From contig JBMNFV010000001.1 of assembly GCA_050949505.1 (NCBI GenBank), positions 94,284 through 158,283 of the forward strand: a DNA stretch of 64,000 nt, read 5' to 3'. Positions 58,398 to 64,000 of the stretch are shown here, piece after piece. Position 1 is the first letter of the stretch. Each line of letters begins with the position of its first letter. The notes under the pieces are model-generated. The model saw nothing but the letters and a program-made list of their open reading frames with translations, did no database searches and was not told the origin of the DNA. The translations under genes were made by a program, and so were the position numbers. The stretch comes from Patescibacteria group bacterium (GTDB taxonomy: Bacteria; Patescibacteriota; Patescibacteriia; Patescibacteriales; UBA12465).

Positions 58398-59192
58398 ATG
58401 AAGGAAAATATTAGTAGTTTAAGTAATAAAAAGATTAAAAGCTTAATAAGGTTACGTAAGTCTAGTGAGCGAAAGAAGTTAGGATTAAGTATTGTTGATG
58501 GCCTAAGAGAGGTTAGTTTAGCTCTTGAAGGAGGGGTTGAGGTTTTGGAACTATTTTATTGCCCTAGTCTAGCCAAAGACAAAAAACTAACTAAAGAATG
58601 GTTAAGTAAACTAAAAATTACAGCGGTCTCTGAGTCAATCTTTAAGGAGATTTGCTATAAAAGCAAGCCAGACGGTTATTTAGCGATAATAAAAGTAAAG
58701 AATCCCCAACTTAAAGAGCTTAGCATTAAAGCTGAGCCGTTAATAGTTATTTTAGACAGAGTGGAGAAGCCAGGCAATATTGGGGCGGTAATTAGAACAG
58801 CTTTTGCTGCGGGAGTAGATTTAATTATTATCACTAATAATCAAACCGACCTTTATCATCCCAACAGTATTAGGGCTAGTGAGGGGTTAATATTCAAACA
58901 AGCGATTCTTGAAGCTCCCCTGTTAACCACCATCACGTGGTTAAGGGAGCGTAAAATAAAAACCTATGCTGCGGTAACTAATAGTCAGACTGACTACACT
59001 AAAAAAGACTATCAGGGGCCACTAGCCCTGGTTTTTGGCTCAGAGGCTAAAGGCCTAGGAGATGATTGGCTTAAGGAAACTAAAGAGACAGTCAGGATAC
59101 CAATGCAAGCAGAGGTAGACTCTTTAAACATTTCTGCTTCAGTAGCAATTTTAATTTATGAAGCTAGGCGACAAAGAGGTTTGACAGTTTAA
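58398..59192 (+). CDS. TrmH/SpoU-family RNA 2'-O-methyltransferase (RlmB-like)
   Basis: KPGNIGAVIRTAFAAG, LVFGSEAKGL and IPMQAEVDSLNISASVAILIYE SPOUT motifs. Confidence 0.85.
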   Translation: MKENISSLSNKKIKSLIRLRKSSERKKLGLSIVDGLREVSLALEGGVEVLELFYCPSLAKDKKLTKEWLSKLKITAVSESIFKEICYKSKPDGYLAIIKVKNPQLKELSIKAEPLIVILDRVEKPGNIGAVIRTAFAAGVDLIIITNNQTDLYHPNSIRASEGLIFKQAILEAPLLTTITWLRERKIKTYAAVTNSQTDYTKKDYQGPLALVFGSEAKGLGDDWLKETKETVRIPMQAEVDSLNISASVAILIYEARRQRGLTV

Positions 59193-59252
59193 ACACTTTT
59201 GATTAAGATTAAGCCAGAATCAATTCTTTATCTTAGAATGGATTTTTAATTT

Positions 59253-59324
59253 GCGCCCGTAGTTCAATGGATAGAACGGGAGCCTTCTAAGCTCTAGATG
59301 AAGGTTCGATTCCTTCCGGGCGTA
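59253..59324 (+). tRNA. tRNA-Arg (anticodon TCT)
   Basis: Acceptor gcgcccg/cgggcgt (G1-U72), anticodon arm ggagc-cttctaa-gctct, T-loop ggttcgattcc. Confidence 0.8.
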
Positions 59325-59345
59325 CGTTCGGAAAGACAATATAAT

Positions 59346-59420
59346 GGTGCCTATAGTTTAGTGGTAGAACATCGGGTTGTGGTCCCGCTAGCGAGGGTTC
59401 GATTCCCTCTAGGCACCCCA
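59346..59420 (+). tRNA. tRNA-His (anticodon GTG) with encoded G-1 and 3' CCA
   Basis: An extra 5' G precedes acceptor gtgccta/taggcac, the discriminator is C, and CCA is encoded. Anticodon loop ttgtggt; T-loop ggttcgattcc. Confidence 0.85.
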
Positions 59421-59467
59421 AATAGTATCTAATATAGCTAAGTTTAGCTAATTAGATATCACCTAAA

Positions 59468-59494
59468 AGTCTCGGCAGTTTGTCGAGATTTTTT
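59468..59494 (+). terminator. Terminator after the tRNA-Arg/tRNA-His pair
   Basis: agtctcg-gcagtttgt-cgagat followed by tttttt. Confidence 0.65.
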
Positions 59495-59938
59495 GATTTT
59501 AACCCCTATAAAAAAGAGTATATATTTATTCTAGCACCCTATTAGCGCTTCCTAATTATCTATAATAGCGCTTATCTTTTTAATATTGTTTCGCATAATT
59601 TAGTGAATAGGGGGTAATAAGTGGTAGTTGTTCACTAAATATTGACTTTTTTATGTAAATCATCCGCAATTGCGAAAAGAAAGACTACTACAAATCTTTT
59701 AGTGAATATCGGGATAAAAAAATACTAAAAATATGGAAAGGGCTATCTCTTTGGTATTAATGGAATCATTCAGGGGTAGATAAAAATATATGGCAATTAA
59801 GTGGTGTCTAAAAGATGATTTCGGCATGGTGCCGGAGCTATTTTTTTAAAGTAAGATAATAACCAGATCCATATCGGGGCGTTATAATTGGTTTTTAATT
59901 AAAATTTTGATAAAATAATAATATACAGTCAAATATTT

Positions 59939-60313
59939 ATGATTATTAATAACATAAATGTAGAGAACATAATTCTCGGTAGAGATAATTATGAACACTA
60001 CGCAAAATTATATGGACATGACACTAGAAGAGGTATTAGCGGCTCTGGAGAAGGAGCCAGAGTACAATCCAGTAATAGACCCAGAGACGGGGGAGGAGCT
60101 GGAGGAGGCAATAGTAACAATAAGGTTGCCGAAAGAATAACGGATAAAGCTAAAACGGCAGCGGCTGATAAAGCAGCTGAAGCTAAAGCAGCAGCTGAGA
60201 ACCTCAGCTTGCACTACGAGAAAGTTAAGGCTAGGTATGGCTGGGAAGATGATGAAGGAGTGGGAATAACTAGACAGACTGAGTCAGACCAAAAAAAGAA
60301 AAAAAGAGACTGA
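59939..60313 (+). CDS. Hypothetical protein, largely low-complexity (G/A/K/E-rich)
   Basis: 124-aa ORF with no recognisable motif. Locally purine- and GC-richer than its surroundings. Coding status is uncertain. Confidence 0.35.
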   Translation: MIINNINVENIILGRDNYEHYAKLYGHDTRRGISGSGEGARVQSSNRPRDGGGAGGGNSNNKVAERITDKAKTAAADKAAEAKAAAENLSLHYEKVKARYGWEDDEGVGITRQTESDQKKKKRD

Positions 60314-60317
60314 GCCG

Positions 60318-60674
60318 GTGAAATGGGAATTTAAAAATACAGCGGAAATTGTTAAAGATGCTCCTAGTCAAGATGTTTATTCTTGGTACGCTAAGGCAAT
60401 GTTACGACGTGATCGTGAGCCCTTATCCGAGGATTCCTTTAACTATCATTTTTTTGAATCAGGTAGCCTTGAGGAAACGGTAGCCTTTGGCGAAAACAAT
60501 AAAGGTTATTTATTAGGTTTTAAAAAACATAAAGTATTTACGCCCACACATTTTGCCCCCAAAACTATTAGGGGCGGCTATGAGCTTTTTAAAGCATTGG
60601 GGGAGAGTGAAGACATTCCAGCAGTATTGGCGATCACTGAAGACCTAGCAGAAACTCTAGAAAAAATGGTTTAA
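60318..60674 (+). CDS. Hypothetical protein (118 aa, GTG start)
   Basis: The ORF begins 4 nt after the upstream stop and is followed by a terminator at 60738-60760. No family was recognised. Confidence 0.4.
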   Translation: MKWEFKNTAEIVKDAPSQDVYSWYAKAMLRRDREPLSEDSFNYHFFESGSLEETVAFGENNKGYLLGFKKHKVFTPTHFAPKTIRGGYELFKALGESEDIPAVLAITEDLAETLEKMV

Positions 60675-60737
60675 ATAAAAAGTTATTAATAATTGCTATA
60701 ATTAAAGACCAATAAAACAGAGTGGTTGTTAAGCTAG

Positions 60738-60760
60738 GGGCTATAGTTAGCCCTTTTGTT
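60738..60760 (+). terminator. Rho-independent terminator after the orphan ORF pair
   Basis: gggcta-tagt-tagccc followed by ttttgtt. Confidence 0.6.
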
Positions 60761-60787
60761 AACTCATTTCTTTAAATTAATAAAAAA

Positions 60788-60796
60788 TGATATAAT
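60788..60796 (+). promoter_or_regulatory. Extended -10 element (TGATATAAT) upstream of the glucan phosphorylase gene
   Basis: tgatataat lies about 37 nt before the ATG at 60833. No good -35 is seen. Confidence 0.4.
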
Positions 60797-60832
60797 GGTC
60801 AGGAACAATATTTACTATTTAAATTTATTATC

Positions 60833-62455
60833 ATGAGCAAGAAAAAATTAGTCGCCTATTTTAGCATGGAGATCGCTTTAGAGAACGACTTGAAGACTTA
60901 TGCGGGAGGCCTAGGAGTTTTAGCTGGAGATATTTTACGCTCAGCAGCTAAACAGAACTTCCCAATGGTTGGGGTGACCCTATTTAACTACGATGGCTAT
61001 TTTAAACAAGTTATTACCAGCAAAGGAAAGCAAGAAGAGCGGGCAGATAGGAGTGATAAAAAGAAGTTACGACTATTGCCTTATAAAATATATCTAACCA
61101 TTGGCACTGATAAGGTCCTGGTTAAGGCTTGGCAGTACAATTTAAATAACGGTGAAGGAAATGTTCCCATCTACTTATTAGACACCAATTGGCCAGAGAA
61201 TAGAGAAAAGCATCGTCGCTTATGTGAGACTTTATATCCCAGTGATAAGCGCAAGAAACTAAAGCAAGCAGTGTTATTGGGCCGAGGGGGAGTCAAATTG
61301 TTAGCTAAATTAGGCCTGGATCAGTTTTCTAAGATTCATCTCAACGAAGGACACGGCGCCTTAGCGGGGGTGGAATTATTTAAGCAATTAAAAGCAAGTA
61401 GTGAGACAGAGAGAGTTAGATTAGTTAGGGACCGAGTTGTCTTTACCACTCACACGCCAATTCCCGCGGGACATGATATTTTCTTTAGAGAGTTTTTATT
61501 AAAATATCAACCTGACTTTCCGGTTAAGTTAGGCGGACTGCTAGAGACTGGAGAAATTAACTTTACGGAGCTAGCCCTATTTTTTAGTGGCTACGCTAAC
61601 GGGGTATCACTTAAGCATGGTAAGGTTTCCCGACAAATGTTTCCTAATTATAAAATTAGCTCAATTACCAACGGGGTTAACTCTTTGCTCTGGACCGCTC
61701 CAGAATTCACAGACTTATTCAATCAACACATCCCTCAGTGGCAGGAGAAAAATCAACGTTTAAAGAGAGTTAGTAGAATTCCGTTAGCTGAAATAGCGTC
61801 AGCGCATGCCGCTGCCAAACAGCGATTAATAGCGCTTATTAAAAAGAAAAAAAAGATAGACTTTTCGCCAGACAAATTAATCATTACCTTTGCTCGGCGC
61901 TTCGCTCCCTATAAAAGACCAACACTATTGCTAGAGGATTTAAAGCGACTTAAGGACCTTAATAAAAAGGTTGGGGAAATTCAAATTATTTACACTGGTA
62001 AGGCTCACCCTAATGATGAAATTGGCAAAACTTTAATAAGTGAAGTTAATAAGCGAATTAAGAAGTTAGCTGGTCAGGTAAAAATAGTATTTTTAGAAAA
62101 TTATGATTTAGAATTAGCTAAACTATTAGTAGCTGGTTCAGATATTTGGCTCAATAACCCCTTGCCTCCTAATGAGGCCTCAGCGACTAGTGGTATGAAA
62201 GCGGCCCATAATGGGGTGATGCAAATTAGCACCTATGATGGCTGGTGGCCAGAAGCTTATGTGGGCGGCAGAACTGGCTGGACTATTACTGATGCTCAAG
62301 ACCTATATGAAACCTTAGAAAAGAAAGTTATCCCCTTATACTATCAGCGACCACAAAAATGGCAGCGCATGATGCGGGATACAATTAGTTTAAATGCCTC
62401 CTATTTTAACACAGACCGAGTATTAGCTGACTATATCAAGAAGGCTTATAAATAA
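60833..62455 (+). CDS. glgP: Alpha-glucan phosphorylase (GT35, short archaeal/bacterial type)
   Basis: The N-terminal AYFSMEIALENDLKTYAGGLGVLAGDILRSAA and the PLP-lysine region NEASATSGMKAAHNG are typical of the family. Confidence 0.85.
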   Translation: MSKKKLVAYFSMEIALENDLKTYAGGLGVLAGDILRSAAKQNFPMVGVTLFNYDGYFKQVITSKGKQEERADRSDKKKLRLLPYKIYLTIGTDKVLVKAWQYNLNNGEGNVPIYLLDTNWPENREKHRRLCETLYPSDKRKKLKQAVLLGRGGVKLLAKLGLDQFSKIHLNEGHGALAGVELFKQLKASSETERVRLVRDRVVFTTHTPIPAGHDIFFREFLLKYQPDFPVKLGGLLETGEINFTELALFFSGYANGVSLKHGKVSRQMFPNYKISSITNGVNSLLWTAPEFTDLFNQHIPQWQEKNQRLKRVSRIPLAEIASAHAAAKQRLIALIKKKKKIDFSPDKLIITFARRFAPYKRPTLLLEDLKRLKDLNKKVGEIQIIYTGKAHPNDEIGKTLISEVNKRIKKLAGQVKIVFLENYDLELAKLLVAGSDIWLNNPLPPNEASATSGMKAAHNGVMQISTYDGWWPEAYVGGRTGWTITDAQDLYETLEKKVIPLYYQRPQKWQRMMRDTISLNASYFNTDRVLADYIKKAYK

Positions 62456-62483
62456 TAGTTTGAAAAATAAAAAGTTACTTAGT

Positions 62484-62516
62484 AAAAAAGTAGATAATTT
62501 ATATCTACTTTTTTTG
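62484..62516. terminator. Bidirectional terminator (glgP / phosphohexomutase)
   Basis: aaaaaagtagat-aatttat-atctacttttttt hairpin. Confidence 0.7.
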
Positions 62517-62557
62517 TACCTCAATTAAGTTATTTTATGATCAAGTTAAAAGAATAA

Positions 62558-63931
62558 CTAGTTCATCAACTTAAGAACCCTGTCTCGCTCTTCCTCCATT
62601 TTCTCAGGACTAATGGCCTCTAAATTAAGACGCATTTTAGGCTCAGTATTAGAGGCTCTAACGTTAAACCAAAAATCAGGATAAGCTACGCTTAGGCCAT
62701 CTAGCTTAGTTATTTCTCCGTCAGCATAGGCCTCTTTAATATCGGTGAAAACTTTTTGAATATCATCAACCGAGCGATTAATTTCTCCAGAAAGAAAGTA
62801 TTTTTGATAAGGCTTAACTTGTTCAGCGATAGGCTGGTCATTAGTTGAAAAAACACTTAATAATTTTAAAATCATTAAAGCGGGAAATTCAAAGCAGCCA
62901 AGAGGACTATTGAAATAGAAGTGACCGGAAGATTCTCCTGCAAAGAAAATATTTTCTTCAATCATTTGCTCCTTGATTAAGGAGTGCCCAACTCTAGTAA
63001 CTATTGGCAGGCCGCCATGAGCAGTGATTAGGTCGGCAGTAATTTTTCCTGGCCTAACATCATAGCCAATTTTAGCGCCTGGTTGGTCTTGAAGAAAGGA
63101 CTTGGCTAATAATCCTCGGACAATCGCCTGATTAATGGGTTGGCCTAGATTATCAACAAAAAAAACTCGATCACCATCACCATCAGTAGCTATTCCTAAA
63201 TCAGCCTGATGACTAATAACAGCTTGTTGTAGTTGTTTTAAATTTTCCTCTTTTAAAGGATCAGCTTCATGAGAGGGAAAGGTGCCATCTAAATCTTCAT
63301 TAATGATTATAAACTCTCCCCCTAGGTCAGTTAATAGTTTTTTTAAATAAACACTCCCCATACTATTAGCCGTGTCAGCCACTAGTTTAAACTTTTTTAA
63401 AGAGGCTTTATCTACTAATTTCCAAGTATAGTCTAATTCTTCAGTTAAAGTGTCTGGCTGAGAGGTTAGGGTGCCTGGAGTGGTTGCTAGGGTGAACTCG
63501 TTAGCTAGAATTTTTTCTTTTAAGAGCATGATTCCAGTTTCCCCACTAACAGGAACTCCTTTAGCTCTAACCAATTTGAAGCCGTTCCATTCCTTAGGAT
63601 TATGAGAGGCAGAAACCATAATTCCTCCATCGTAATTGTGGTAGCCGACCGCGAAATAGAAAGAAGGAGTGGCGACTAGACCTAAGTCAATCACCTCAAC
63701 TCCAGCGGCTAGCAGGCCTTTAATTAAGGACTCTTTTAAGGCTGGTGAGGAAAGGCGCATATCACTAGCAACTGCCAAGCGTAGTTTGCTCCCCGCAATA
63801 TAGTCGGGGTCTTGTTTTCTTAACTCTACAAAAGCCAGACCTAGACGATAGGCTAGGTCATCGTTAAAGTCTTGTCCGTAGATGCCTCTAATATCATAGG
63901 CTTTAAATATTTTTGGATTGATTGGTAACAT
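62558..63931 (-). CDS. Phosphoglucomutase/phosphomannomutase (alpha-D-phosphohexomutase)
   Basis: Active-site SASHNPKEWNGFK, metal loop TDGDGDR, sugar loop GESSGH. Confidence 0.9.
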   Translation of the reverse strand: MLPINPKIFKAYDIRGIYGQDFNDDLAYRLGLAFVELRKQDPDYIAGSKLRLAVASDMRLSSPALKESLIKGLLAAGVEVIDLGLVATPSFYFAVGYHNYDGGIMVSASHNPKEWNGFKLVRAKGVPVSGETGIMLLKEKILANEFTLATTPGTLTSQPDTLTEELDYTWKLVDKASLKKFKLVADTANSMGSVYLKKLLTDLGGEFIIINEDLDGTFPSHEADPLKEENLKQLQQAVISHQADLGIATDGDGDRVFFVDNLGQPINQAIVRGLLAKSFLQDQPGAKIGYDVRPGKITADLITAHGGLPIVTRVGHSLIKEQMIEENIFFAGESSGHFYFNSPLGCFEFPALMILKLLSVFSTNDQPIAEQVKPYQKYFLSGEINRSVDDIQKVFTDIKEAYADGEITKLDGLSVAYPDFWFNVRASNTEPKMRLNLEAISPEKMEEERDRVLKLMN

Positions 63932-64000
63932 ATAGATAAATAGTGCCAGCTCCGACGAGACTAATAAATAGATTAATTAGTCCTCCTAGAACAGGGAGTA
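63903..64000 (-). CDS. Possible 3' end of an upstream gene entering from the right window edge (hydrophobic C-terminus)
   Basis: A minus-strand frame is open from the window edge (..LPVLGGLINLFISLVGAGTIYLYVTNQSKNI*) and overlaps the phosphohexomutase start by 29 nt. Only 31 codons are visible. Confidence 0.25.
   Translation of the reverse strand, partial: LPVLGGLINLFISLVGAGTIYLYVTNQSKNI

Noticed and set aside
59421-60832. Integrated mobile element at tRNA-His delimited by a direct repeat of the tRNA 3' end
   Set aside because: I could not find a second copy of the tRNA-His 3' segment (ggttcgattccctctaggcacc) downstream, and no integrase or recombinase ORF is present. It is kept only as a low-level 'islet' observation.

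Overview
Gene-dense, low-GC bacterial chromosome segment. By eye G+C is roughly 35-40%, not computed. Tight gene packing, a free-standing divergent 16S gene and housekeeping-dominated content suggest a reduced-genome lineage such as CPR/Patescibacteria; this is inference only. The window spans the replication-origin neighbourhood: rpmH-rnpA-yidD-yidC on the minus strand, then dnaA-dnaN on the plus strand, with TTATCC-type DnaA boxes in AT-rich spacers on both sides of dnaA. It also carries a single 16S rRNA gene with its own consensus promoter and terminator and no 23S/5S nearby. There are 10 tRNA genes, including tRNA-Ile(UAU). Six aminoacyl-tRNA synthetase genes are present (argS, glyQS, trpS, pheS, pheT, valS), plus infC-rpmI-rplT, secG, uvrA, topA, dprA, der, pth, rnj, trxB, lgt, a class A PBP, an LCP protein, VanW, Hsp20, bactofilin, a DsbB/thioredoxin pair, an envelope glycosyltransferase/hydrolase cluster, an alpha-glucan phosphorylase and a phosphohexomutase. 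No CRISPR array, transposase, integrase or prophage gene was recognised. The most unusual locus is a tightly packed minus-strand operon (3335-7905). It encodes a polytopic membrane protein, a 1003-aa covalently duplicated PilB/GspE-type secretion ATPase with two complete modules, and a translin/TRAX (C3PO-like) protein. Other points worth a second look: a candidate ~150-nt structured sRNA with a perfect TTGACA-N17-TATAAT promoter (23213-23396), a UvrA lacking the UvrB-binding domain, a tRNA-His-adjacent islet of orphan ORFs and repeats (59421-60760), a self-contained orphan gene (11636-12314), and a 1.1-kb ORF-free tract around two tRNAs. All calls come from reading the sequence and ORF track. 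No searches were run, and RNA and regulatory coordinates are approximate to a few nt.
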